A stretch of 63,894 bases of DNA from an uncultured Gammaproteobacteria bacterium (GCA_964517065.1 CAZFBK010000004.1:1-63894), one strand, 5' to 3'. Positions 1 through 8,530 are shown, counted from the stretch's first letter. Made by a program: numbers and translations. Notes: generated by a model not told the origin, from the sequence alone.

Positions 1-239
1 GCTTGAAGGATTGGGTAATGAGACAGTAAGTGTAGGTCATTGAATAACTCTAGCACTACGGTAGAGGGTGTCAAGATTAGGAAGTTCGAAGTTCTAAGTT
101 CGAAGTTCTAAGCAATATCAAAGTTTCAAAATTAAAATATCAAAACGTTGCTCCCCTTGGGTTTCTAAAATTTGAAATTATTAGATTTGAACTTGTTTCG
201 AATTTAGAGCTTTGGATTTAGAACTTTTTTTACTGATTG

Positions 240-248
240 TGCTATAAT
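240..248 (+). promoter_or_regulatory. Extended -10 element (TGcTATAAT) upstream of gap
   Basis: TGC followed by TATAAT at 243-248, about 38 nt before the gap ATG. No convincing -35 was seen. Confidence 0.35.
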
Positions 249-286
249 AAACCCAGTATTAAGCAGTAAGTATAACGTAAAAAGAT

Positions 287-1309
287 ATGCCATCAGCAAA
301 AAAGATTCGTGTCGCTATCAACGGATTTGGTCGGATCGGACGGGCGGCTTTCAAAATTGCCCTGCAGAATAAACGCTTAGAAATTGTGGCCATTAATGAT
401 TTAACTGATGCGGCTACTTTAGCTCATTTACTGCAGTACGACACTGTCTATGGCAAATACGGCAAGAAAGTCACTGTCCGTGGTTCATCGCTGGTCATCG
501 ATAGAGGAGTTTACCCTATTATCGCGCAACCTGATCCGACGAAGTTGCCCTGGAAAAAATATAATGTCGATGTAGTGCTGGAGTGTACCGGACGCTTCGT
601 CAAAGATGGCGCAGCTATGGCGCATATCAAAGCCGGCGCCAAGAAAGTTGTAGTTTCAGCTCCGACCAAAGGCGGTAACGTCATGACCTATCTGTTCGGT
701 GTCAATGCCGAGAAATATCAAGGAGAGAAAATTATTTCCAATGCTTCCTGCACGACCAATTGTATTGCACCAGTAGCAGAAGTGATGCATCGTATTTTTG
801 GAATAGAGAAAGCTATGATGACCACTATTCATTCCTACACAGCAGAACAAAACTTAGTCGATGGTCCGCCACCGGGAGGTAAGTCCGGTGATATGCGACG
901 AGCACGCGCTGCCGCTGCCAACATTATCCCAACTACAACCGGTGCTGCTATCTCCACGACAGAAGTCATTCCGGAATTAAAAGGCTTATTCGACGGCTTA
1001 TCACTGCGCGTCCCAACCTTCTGTGGTTCATTAGCCGATTTCACCTTCGTAGTGAAGAAGCGCACAACAGTCGAAGCGGTGAACAAAGCTTTAATCTCAG
1101 CCAGTAAGACCGCGAAGATGAAGGGCGTCCTGATGTGTACTGATGAGCCGCTGGTTTCTTCTGATGTTATCGGCAATCCGTATTCATCTATAGTCGATCT
1201 GTCCTTGACACAGGTGGTTGACGGTACCATGGTGAAAGTAGTAGCCTGGTATGATAACGAGTTTGGCTATTCCAATCGTCTGGTGCAGATGATTAGCCAC
1301 GTGGCTTAA
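287..1309 (+). CDS. gap: Glyceraldehyde-3-phosphate dehydrogenase, type I
   Basis: 340 aa. It has the N-terminal NAD-binding motif INGFGRIGR and the catalytic-Cys motif SNASCTTNC, and ends in the WYDNEFGYS motif. Confidence 0.95.
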   Translation: MPSAKKIRVAINGFGRIGRAAFKIALQNKRLEIVAINDLTDAATLAHLLQYDTVYGKYGKKVTVRGSSLVIDRGVYPIIAQPDPTKLPWKKYNVDVVLECTGRFVKDGAAMAHIKAGAKKVVVSAPTKGGNVMTYLFGVNAEKYQGEKIISNASCTTNCIAPVAEVMHRIFGIEKAMMTTIHSYTAEQNLVDGPPPGGKSGDMRRARAAAANIIPTTTGAAISTTEVIPELKGLFDGLSLRVPTFCGSLADFTFVVKKRTTVEAVNKALISASKTAKMKGVLMCTDEPLVSSDVIGNPYSSIVDLSLTQVVDGTMVKVVAWYDNEFGYSNRLVQMISHVA

Positions 1310-1364
1310 GCAAGTATCAGGTAGTACGTATAAGGTATTAAGTATTGATGTATCATACATAATT

Positions 1365-1742
1365 ATGAATCAGGTATTAGATTTAGATACTCTGTCGGAT
1401 AAAATTGCGCCCGGTAGCTCTGGTGATGATGAGGCGAATCAACGCGTAGAGAATTTTGATTCTTTGGGAGAGTCTGTGGAGTTGTCGGATGCTATTCACG
1501 ATGCAGCCACATTGGAAGAGCTGGCTCGTGTCGTGGAGCATCGACAGGATTGGGAAGAGTCGAATGGTATGTCTATCGATAGCACGATGTTGGCTCATCA
1601 GCTAAGAGAATTAGACCATCTAATGGGACTTGATCCGAGCGATGAGGTTCAATCCCACATTGATAATCTCATTGCGCTCCTGCCACTACTACCTGATCTG
1701 CAGGATACGGTGGCGAGGATTATGAATAGAGGAGAAAATTAG
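1365..1742 (+). CDS. Hypothetical acidic protein
   Basis: 125-aa ORF, co-directional and Asp/Glu-rich, with no recognisable motif. Confidence 0.45.
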   Translation: MNQVLDLDTLSDKIAPGSSGDDEANQRVENFDSLGESVELSDAIHDAATLEELARVVEHRQDWEESNGMSIDSTMLAHQLRELDHLMGLDPSDEVQSHIDNLIALLPLLPDLQDTVARIMNRGEN

Positions 1743-1916
1743 TAGGCAGCCGACCACTTGGTTTCTGCGAGCCGCACTGGGCGAAGCAGTCCAGTCTATA
1801 TATTGAGTAGTTTTCTATAAGGAATCTATTAGAGATTGCTTTGCTCTGAGTACAGAGCTCGCAATGACCAATTGCGAGGAGGTTACTTTTTGTGTTAACC
1901 TGAACCTATTATACCT

Positions 1917-3317
1917 ATGATTACCTTATACAACAGTTTATCGAGAAAACGCGAGGAATTCGTTCCAGCTGATGGCAAGACAGTCAAACTCTATACCTGC
2001 GGTCCGACCGTCTACGATTTTTTGCATATTGGTAATTTACGCGCTTATACGACGTGGGATGTGCTGAAACGTATCTTGCGCTACGAAGGGTTTACAGTGA
2101 ATCATGTGATGAATATCACCGACGTTGGTCATTTGGTGGCTGACTCGGATGATGGTGAAGATAAGATGGAAGTAGCGAAGAAACGTGAGGGTAAGACAGC
2201 TTGGGATTTAGCAAAGCTATACACCGATTATTTCAAAAAAGACTTCGCAGATTTGGGCATACAGTTGGCTGATCATCTCGTACCAGCTACAGATACTATC
2301 AAAGAACAAATAGCCCTGGCTTTGAAGCTTGACGAAGCTGGTTTCTTGTACAAAACGACTGATGGCATGTATTTTGATACTAGTAAATTCCCGCACTACG
2401 GAGCTTTGGCACGACTTGAGAATGTTGATCTCCAAGCAGGTGTCCGTGTCGAGATGGGGGAGAAAAAATCGCCGACCGATTTCGCCGTGTGGAAATTTTC
2501 CCCAGTCAAAGACAAGCGCGACCCTTCGGCTGGCTCAGGGCGTGATATGGAATGGGAGAGTCCTTGGGGCAAGGGATTTCCGGGTTGGCATTTAGAATGT
2601 TCTGCTATTGCGATGAAGTATCTGGGTGAGACGTTAGACATTCATTGTGGTGGTATCGATCATCTGACGATTCATCATCCGAATGAGATCGCCCAATCAG
2701 AAGCAGTGACCGGCAAGCCGTTTGCCCGCTTCTGGATGCATAACGCTTTCCTGAATTTCGGTGAATTGAAAATGTCGAAATCAGCCGGCACCTATATTAC
2801 GCTAAAAGATATCAAAGATCGCGGTATCAGGCCGTTAGCCTATCGCTATTGGCTACTGCAGACGCACTATCGCAAGACATTGCAGTTCTCCTGGGAGGCA
2901 TTGGAAGCAGCTGCGACTGGTTTGGAGAATCTCTATGAGCAGGTAGCCTATCTTGATGAGCCAAGTCCAGATGTACCTGATAGTCTCTTGGCGGAAGCGT
3001 GGTCAAGCTTGTCTATAGATGTCGGTACACCGCAGGCCTTAGCGCAGATTCCGAAAATTCTGGCTTCCCATCAGACATCAGGAGTGAAGATGGGAGCGCT
3101 GAAAGTATTGGATGAATTATTAGGATTAGGCTTAGTAGCAGAACGTATGCGACGTCGTACTATCCCGCAGATTGCACATGGATTACTGGAAGATCGGCGG
3201 AAAGCCCGCGCAGCGGAGGATTGGGAGCGATCTGATCAGCTACGTGATGAGCTGGATAAATTAGGCGTGACGGTGAAGGATACGAAGGAGGGGCAGGTTG
3301 GGGTGTTGAAAAATTAA
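1917..3317 (+). CDS. cysS: Cysteine--tRNA ligase
   Basis: 466 aa. It has the class I aaRS HIGN (FLHIGNLR) and KMSKS motifs, and a CysRS-like WHLECSAI segment. Confidence 0.95.
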   Translation: MITLYNSLSRKREEFVPADGKTVKLYTCGPTVYDFLHIGNLRAYTTWDVLKRILRYEGFTVNHVMNITDVGHLVADSDDGEDKMEVAKKREGKTAWDLAKLYTDYFKKDFADLGIQLADHLVPATDTIKEQIALALKLDEAGFLYKTTDGMYFDTSKFPHYGALARLENVDLQAGVRVEMGEKKSPTDFAVWKFSPVKDKRDPSAGSGRDMEWESPWGKGFPGWHLECSAIAMKYLGETLDIHCGGIDHLTIHHPNEIAQSEAVTGKPFARFWMHNAFLNFGELKMSKSAGTYITLKDIKDRGIRPLAYRYWLLQTHYRKTLQFSWEALEAAATGLENLYEQVAYLDEPSPDVPDSLLAEAWSSLSIDVGTPQALAQIPKILASHQTSGVKMGALKVLDELLGLGLVAERMRRRTIPQIAHGLLEDRRKARAAEDWERSDQLRDELDKLGVTVKDTKEGQVGVLKN

Positions 3318-3342
3318 AAGTAAAAAGGCAAAACTAAAACAT

Positions 3343-3376
3343 GAACTGCGAAATATAAATTAGCAGTTCTTTTTTT
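3343..3376 (+). terminator. Intrinsic terminator after cysS
   Basis: GAACTGC (3343-3349) pairs with GCAGTTC (3363-3369) and is followed directly by a run of 7 T (3370-3376). Confidence 0.7.
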
Positions 3377-3438
3377 GTGCATCACCAAAGAAACACTATC
3401 ATTTTATTGTATTGTTTGTTAATATTGATAAATAAATA

Positions 3439-3560
3439 AGCCGTCGCTTTTCTATAAGCCGTCTATTTTAAGTAAAAAACGATGAAAGTAAATAAAAAGA
3501 TATCAGGTTAGCCAATAAGTAACAGCCGTCGCTTTCAAGAGCCGACAAAAAATAAGTGGA
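3439..3560 (+). promoter_or_regulatory. AGCCGTC-box intergenic module, copy 1
   Basis: AGCCGTC occurs at 3439, 3457 and 3524, with an AGCCGAC variant at 3540. The core TTAGCCAA..ACAGCCGTCG.TTTCAAGAGC.GACA is nearly identical to 19884-19935. It ends about 20 nt before the 3579 ATG. Confidence 0.5.
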
Positions 3561-3578
3561 TAAGTAATTAATCCTATT

Positions 3579-4382
3579 ATGAACAGACGCAGAGTCTTCA
3601 ATACATCCCCTGACAGGAATATCTTGCCCATAGTGGCAAAGGTATTGAATGATAGAAGAGGGTATATAAGTAAGCTTCCTGAAGCAAGGAAAGCGGTTAT
3701 TATTATATCCGGCGGGTTAGATTCGATCGCAACTTCGGCCTTTCTAATCCAAGAGTTAAAAATGGAATTATACCCACTTCATATACGAAGAGGACAAACC
3801 AATCATGTGGCGGAAGATAGATCGGTTGATTTTTTTACCAATTTTTTTCAAAAGAAATATGGATCTGATAAATTCCACGAACCCCAGAAGATTTCAGTAA
3901 ACATACCTCCGTCTGAGATTAAAAGTGGTTTAATCAACCACATGAAACAATACGGATACCCCATGAGAGATCCGGTCATGCATCTTTTGGGAGTTCAGTA
4001 TGCCATAGCTGTATCAGACAAGATTAGATCTGATATACGGGATGTATATTGCGCCATTGTCCCAGAAGACTATTTCCCTCACAGTAGTCTGGCGGGGTTA
4101 AGAGTTAATACTCTAAACACCTGTATTAATATGAATGACTGGAGGTGGAATCTAAGCGCACCGAATATTGATCCTTTATTGTTGAATAATACCTTTGGCA
4201 AGAAGGAAGAAATTATGTGGTCAATGACAAATGATATACCGATTGGTGAAACGATTTCATGTAATCTGGCAAATAGTGATACTAATTATTTGGCTTGTGG
4301 TACTTGCTCTTCATGTAGCAGAAGAAGTAAGTCATTTTTAGATGCGGGCTTTGATGATCCGACGAGATATTATAAAGAATAA
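3579..4382 (+). CDS. QueC/ExsB-like PP-loop ATPase
   Basis: 267 aa. It has the PP-loop SGGLDS near the N-terminus and a C-terminal Cys cluster (CGTCSSCSRR) like the QueC zinc site. No queD, queE, queF or folE gene is present in the window. Confidence 0.65.
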   Translation: MNRRRVFNTSPDRNILPIVAKVLNDRRGYISKLPEARKAVIIISGGLDSIATSAFLIQELKMELYPLHIRRGQTNHVAEDRSVDFFTNFFQKKYGSDKFHEPQKISVNIPPSEIKSGLINHMKQYGYPMRDPVMHLLGVQYAIAVSDKIRSDIRDVYCAIVPEDYFPHSSLAGLRVNTLNTCINMNDWRWNLSAPNIDPLLLNNTFGKKEEIMWSMTNDIPIGETISCNLANSDTNYLACGTCSSCSRRSKSFLDAGFDDPTRYYKE

Positions 4383-4383
4383 G

Positions 4384-5448
4384 ATGGAAATCTCTCAAGC
4401 AGCACAACGATTCTTTGAATTTAAGTTGGCTCCCTCAAAAGCTTCAAAAGGCAATGAGGATTTGCTTAGATTTGATTTGGCGGAAGGGTTATTAAATTCT
4501 GATAAAAAGTACTCAGCTCTTCCTGATAAGAATCCGCAGCATCTGAAAGAAATTTTGGCGGAATTTGTTTCTTGTGATTCAGACAATATAGCTTTTTTTG
4601 CTGGCGCGGATGAGATTATAGAGATTGTGCCTCGTTTATATCTTAATTATGGAGATGCATCACTTATCGTTACCCCTGTTTTTAGCAGATTAATAGATAC
4701 CAACGTTAAGGTTGGTGCTGAGGTAATTACCTATGCTCTCAGTGAGGATCATAACTTCAAATTAACAGACCAAGATGTGGTAAATATTGTTGAAATCGTT
4801 AAGCTTAAAAAAATAAAGGTTATCTGGCTTTGTTCTCCTAGTAATCCTACTGGCGTTCCGATCGCCGTTTCCAAGATAAAGAGATTGTCGACACTATGCC
4901 CGGACTCATTAGTTGTTGTCAATGAAGTCTACCAAGAATACTATAGTCTAAATCCTAAAGAGTCCGCTGGTTCTCTTATCGATTCCTGTAGTAGTTTAGT
5001 TGTAATTAGATCCTTTTCCAAAGCCTTTGGCTTAGCAGGCTTGAGGATTGGATACGCGGTGGCATCAAAAAGAATCATAGAAAACTTTACTAGGTATAAG
5101 ACCATGTTTAACGTCTCTGCAGTGGCTCAGGAAGAGGCCTTACGGGTGTTAACAACCAAAGCGGAAATAGAGAAATTAATAAGCCTTACAAGTTTATTGA
5201 GAGATCAGATTCAGGAATCGATAGGTATATTGAATAATTTTGAGTTTATAGAATCAAAAACTAATTTTATTTTCATGAGACACAAGACGAAAGATCTGTT
5301 TGAGGAATTATACCGGCGAGGAATATTAGTTTCCGACTGGAGGAATGCTAAAGGGGTTGAAGGTAGAGGTTTTGTTCGTATCTCGGTAAACTCCCAAAGG
5401 TTAAATACGATACTCATTGAATCTCTTAAAGATATTAATAAATCATAA
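4384..5448 (+). CDS. Class I/II PLP-dependent aminotransferase (HisC/CobD-like)
   Basis: It has the PLP-lysine motif SFSKAFGLAGLRIGY and the segment NPSNPTG. I prefer the ATG at 4384 (1 nt after the upstream stop) over the track start at 4342. Confidence 0.8.
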   Translation: MEISQAAQRFFEFKLAPSKASKGNEDLLRFDLAEGLLNSDKKYSALPDKNPQHLKEILAEFVSCDSDNIAFFAGADEIIEIVPRLYLNYGDASLIVTPVFSRLIDTNVKVGAEVITYALSEDHNFKLTDQDVVNIVEIVKLKKIKVIWLCSPSNPTGVPIAVSKIKRLSTLCPDSLVVVNEVYQEYYSLNPKESAGSLIDSCSSLVVIRSFSKAFGLAGLRIGYAVASKRIIENFTRYKTMFNVSAVAQEEALRVLTTKAEIEKLISLTSLLRDQIQESIGILNNFEFIESKTNFIFMRHKTKDLFEELYRRGILVSDWRNAKGVEGRGFVRISVNSQRLNTILIESLKDINKS

Positions 5449-5449
5449 T

Positions 5450-6076
5450 ATGAAACATATTGTAGCGAAGAACACAGGGGAAGCTTGGATTAAAGCATCT
5501 CAAGAAGTAATGCTTAATGGATTACCTGTTAAAGATGGGGAGGTTAATCTGAAAGAGTCGTTACATGTATTTTTAACGATTGAAGATCAGATTTCTAAAG
5601 ATGCAATAACCGAGAAATACGCTGATCCAACAATGATTGACTGGATGAGAAGGAATTTCTTTGATTTTGAACCAGTTTTGGATTGGGGGTATAGTTATGG
5701 TCAGAGGTTTTTCAATTATGATGGTATTAATCAGATCAAAAACGTTATAAAAAAACTAAAGAAGAATCCAGAATCCAAATCAGCAACAATATCACTCATG
5801 AATCCCGATGGTGACAAACATCATATGCCATGTATTGTTGCTATAGATTTCAAAATCAGAGACAATAAGCTTATTACAACTGCTTTTTTTCGAAGTCAGG
5901 ATGTCGGCAAAAAGATATACGCGGACATACTATGCATAGGAGAGATTGGTCAGATGATCGCTTCACAGTTGGATCTGCATTTGGGTGAACTACATATCCA
6001 CATTGTTTCACTACACGTCTATGAGCCTGATTGGGATCGAGTAAATAAGATGATATATCAAAATGAAATACGTTAA
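5450..6076 (+). CDS. Short thymidylate synthase / pyrimidine-nucleotide hydroxymethylase family protein
   Basis: HMPCIVAIDFKIRDNKLITTAFFRSQDV aligns with the ThyA active-site block [27 protein letters not shown], and the catalytic Cys is retained. It is about 208 aa, shorter than canonical ThyA. Confidence 0.6.
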   Translation: MKHIVAKNTGEAWIKASQEVMLNGLPVKDGEVNLKESLHVFLTIEDQISKDAITEKYADPTMIDWMRRNFFDFEPVLDWGYSYGQRFFNYDGINQIKNVIKKLKKNPESKSATISLMNPDGDKHHMPCIVAIDFKIRDNKLITTAFFRSQDVGKKIYADILCIGEIGQMIASQLDLHLGELHIHIVSLHVYEPDWDRVNKMIYQNEIR

Positions 6077-7811
6077 TCTAATAACTTCAAATAAGAATAA
6101 AGTCGAAGAATATGAGCGATATGTAAAATCTTTTGGTATTGATTTAGCTATTGAAATTAAAAACATCGAAGTGCTGGAGTTACAAAGTATGAATTCAGAG
6201 GAGGTTATAGCCGGTAAGGTTGAGTATGTTCAAGCAAGAACAACTCAACCATTCTTAATTGAGGACACATCATTTTTGACCGATAAATATCCAGACTTCC
6301 CGGGGACTAATACGAAATTTATCAACAAAACACTAGGGATCGATGGTTGGCGACAGCTTTTTGATGAAGGAGATAGGATACGTGCTCGTACCAGCTTAGC
6401 CTTCCACTATCTTGGCGAGACTCATATCTTTAGGGGAGAGATTGAAGGCGTTATTACTTTTAAAAATCTAAGTGATTTAAATACAGAAATGCTTTTGAAT
6501 AGCCTATTCTATGTAGAATCAAGCAATGATTTACTTGGTAATCTAATAAAAAAAGATTCATTTCAGAATCACAGAAAGAAAGCTTTTGGTAAATTTATAG
6601 ATTACATCAAAGTATCTGATCAAGAAGAATTTGAGGCTGTAGAGGGTATATCAAAAAAGTGGGGCGATCGAGCAAGTGATTGGGAAAGCGAATTAAGAAA
6701 TCCTAATTCTTATGTTAATTACGAGCAAGGGTATGATAGGTTCTTAGTTTTGATTAAAAAATTCATGCCGGAGATTACTGGAGAGGTATTGGATCTAGGT
6801 TGTGGTACGGGTTATATTGCCAGGCAGATTGCCGAGAAAAAAGATGTTAACGTCACGGGGATTGATATAAGCTTAGAGATGATACATACAGCAATGCCCT
6901 ATGAGAAGGAAAACTTAAAGTTTCGTCAAACTAGATTGAATCAAGTTTTCAAGGAAGATTTCTTTGATGTTATCGTTTCACGGGGAGCAATCATCTCGCA
7001 GATCCCTCAACTGAGTGTTTTTGATTTTATAAAATCTATTGACTGCATGGCTAAAGAGGGAGCTTATTTCTTTTTTGATTTTATTCAAAACCTTGAGAAC
7101 GGCGACTATCCCACAAAAAATATAATAAACCAGTTTTCATTAGATCAGATTACACGGATTATGGAGGAAATGGGTTGGGTAAAGATCTATGCTGAAGAAA
7201 GTGAGGTAGCTCGAGTTAGAATAGTCGGATTTCACAAATCAATGGAAAAGGGCGTGTATTTTGTTACAAGTAACCCCGCAAAAATAGAAGAATTCAAGGA
7301 AGCTATAGGAGAGTCTGACATTACCTTATTTTTTTGTGGCCTGACTATCGAAGAGATCAAATCAGACTCACTAGAAAAGATAGTGGCGGATAAGTTAGTG
7401 AAGAGCTTTGAAGTAATCAAGAAACCTGTTATCTGTACCGATGGAGGAATATTTATCAACGCACTCAATGGTTTCCCGGGCGAAAATTCTAAGCAGGCAG
7501 CTCAAAAGGTTGGAGCTCATGGTTTGTTGAAACTTATGGAGTCCGTGCAGGATAGATCAGCAGTCAGAAGAAATTGTATCGGTTATTATGATGGTGAGAA
7601 GATGGAATTTTTCACATCGGAGATATTGTGTGATATAAGTAAATCCGTTAGAGAAAAATATTCGTCGTATGAGTTAGACAAGATACTAATACCTCTGAGT
7701 AAAAGGAATCCCCAGCTCTTAACCTATTCAGAAATTGATTTGGCATCACGAGTGGCTTTAACTGAACTTCCTCAGTTGGCCGAGTTCATTCAAAAAATAC
7801 TCAGGGGGTGA
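6063..7811 (+). CDS. Tri-domain fusion: Ham1/ITPase-like, class I SAM methyltransferase, Ham1/ITPase-like
   Basis: N-terminal ITSNKNK and IEDTSF...FPGTNTKF resemble ITPA. The middle carries VLDLGCGTGYIA (SAM motif I). The C-terminal part has VTSNPAK and DGGIFINALNGFPGENSK, a second Ham1-like domain. Confidence 0.7.
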   Translation: MKYVNLITSNKNKVEEYERYVKSFGIDLAIEIKNIEVLELQSMNSEEVIAGKVEYVQARTTQPFLIEDTSFLTDKYPDFPGTNTKFINKTLGIDGWRQLFDEGDRIRARTSLAFHYLGETHIFRGEIEGVITFKNLSDLNTEMLLNSLFYVESSNDLLGNLIKKDSFQNHRKKAFGKFIDYIKVSDQEEFEAVEGISKKWGDRASDWESELRNPNSYVNYEQGYDRFLVLIKKFMPEITGEVLDLGCGTGYIARQIAEKKDVNVTGIDISLEMIHTAMPYEKENLKFRQTRLNQVFKEDFFDVIVSRGAIISQIPQLSVFDFIKSIDCMAKEGAYFFFDFIQNLENGDYPTKNIINQFSLDQITRIMEEMGWVKIYAEESEVARVRIVGFHKSMEKGVYFVTSNPAKIEEFKEAIGESDITLFFCGLTIEEIKSDSLEKIVADKLVKSFEVIKKPVICTDGGIFINALNGFPGENSKQAAQKVGAHGLLKLMESVQDRSAVRRNCIGYYDGEKMEFFTSEILCDISKSVREKYSSYELDKILIPLSKRNPQLLTYSEIDLASRVALTELPQLAEFIQKILRG

Positions 7812-7815
7812 CAAA

Positions 7816-8403
7816 GTGCGGAAAAACGTCGTTGTGTTGCTTGGAATCAACGGGGTGGGAAAATCAACCATTGCAGAAAAGTTGATTTGTCGCGTCCCAG
7901 GCTCAGTCGCTCTTTCGGGTTCTAAGATTCTGATGACGATCTTTGGCGGAGTAAGCAGAGAGGAGCTGGAGAAGCTTTCTGCTACAGAAAAGATGTCAAT
8001 GATGGAGCTTGCCTTTGTTGAGATATTCGAAAGACACTCTACGTCTCAACTCGTCGTACTTGATACTCATCTTGTCGTGCCCATCAGAAAGAGCGGGACT
8101 CTGGTCTTAGAGAACATCTGGTCTCCTAGATATGCCCCCTACGTGCGGTCAGTTTGCTTCATATGTGCCTCTCCTGGTGACATTAGGCAAAGACGTCTGA
8201 CTGATGAGAGGCTGACCGGACGCGCTCGCGATACAAACCTCGGAAATATCCGCTCTGACCAGGATCTTAATTTAGCCTCGTTCGAAGAAATCATTGTGCC
8301 AGATTTCGAATCAATGATTCTGCAGAACGCCAACGGGCAGGTTGATCTGGTTGTTGATAGGATAGCTGAGGATATCTGGGACAGCCAGACGCAGGCTGTT
8401 TAA
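7816..8403 (+). CDS. P-loop nucleotide/nucleoside kinase-like protein
   Basis: 195 aa with a GTG start. It has the Walker A motif GINGVGKST at the N-terminus and is the size of an adenylate/dNMP kinase. Confidence 0.55.
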   Translation: MRKNVVVLLGINGVGKSTIAEKLICRVPGSVALSGSKILMTIFGGVSREELEKLSATEKMSMMELAFVEIFERHSTSQLVVLDTHLVVPIRKSGTLVLENIWSPRYAPYVRSVCFICASPGDIRQRRLTDERLTGRARDTNLGNIRSDQDLNLASFEEIIVPDFESMILQNANGQVDLVVDRIAEDIWDSQTQAV

Positions 8404-8411
8404 AAAACAAG

Positions 8412-8438
8412 ACCGCTCTATCTACACGATAGGGCGGT
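8412..8438 (+). terminator. Hairpin terminator after the 3579-8403 operon
   Basis: ACCGCTCTATC pairs with GATAGGGCGGT (11 bp, including one G.U that pairs only in + strand RNA). Two more perfect hairpins follow, near 8476-8493 and 8499-8525. Confidence 0.5.
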
Positions 8439-8530
8439 TATTCATTGAACTCACAGCCTTTATTTGTGAGATGAGAAGTCCCTATCGGGGACTTACCCTT
8501 TGGATAACTGAAGTATCCAAAGGACAAAAC

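Noticed and set aside
835-1230. Antisense or alternative-frame track ORFs within strong genes. Examples are 656-850 and 835-1230 in gap, 18434-19093 in the kinase, 43725-44189 in rplJ, 51122-51643 in the lipoprotein gene, 57384-57821 opposite msrB, 35569-36003 and 36576-37031 in gpmI, and 29843-30271 in the DUF2079-like gene.
   Set aside because: Each is fully overlapped by a gene with clear family motifs on the other strand or frame. These are shadow ORFs with no independent support.
1843-1891. Two adjacent hairpins upstream of cysS (GCTCTG/CAGAGC and CTCGCAAT/ATTGCGAG), considered as a T-box or attenuator.
   Set aside because: The leader is too short for a T-box and has no specifier or T-box consensus. 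The T-run lies 8 nt from the stem. The hairpins share only one base, so no convincing alternative pairing exists.
3579-4382. Annotating the PP-loop protein as genuine QueC of the queuosine/preQ0 pathway.
   Set aside because: No folE, queD, queE, queF or tgt genes are nearby. The sequence is divergent outside the SGGxDS and Cys-cluster motifs. The operon context points to a different substrate.
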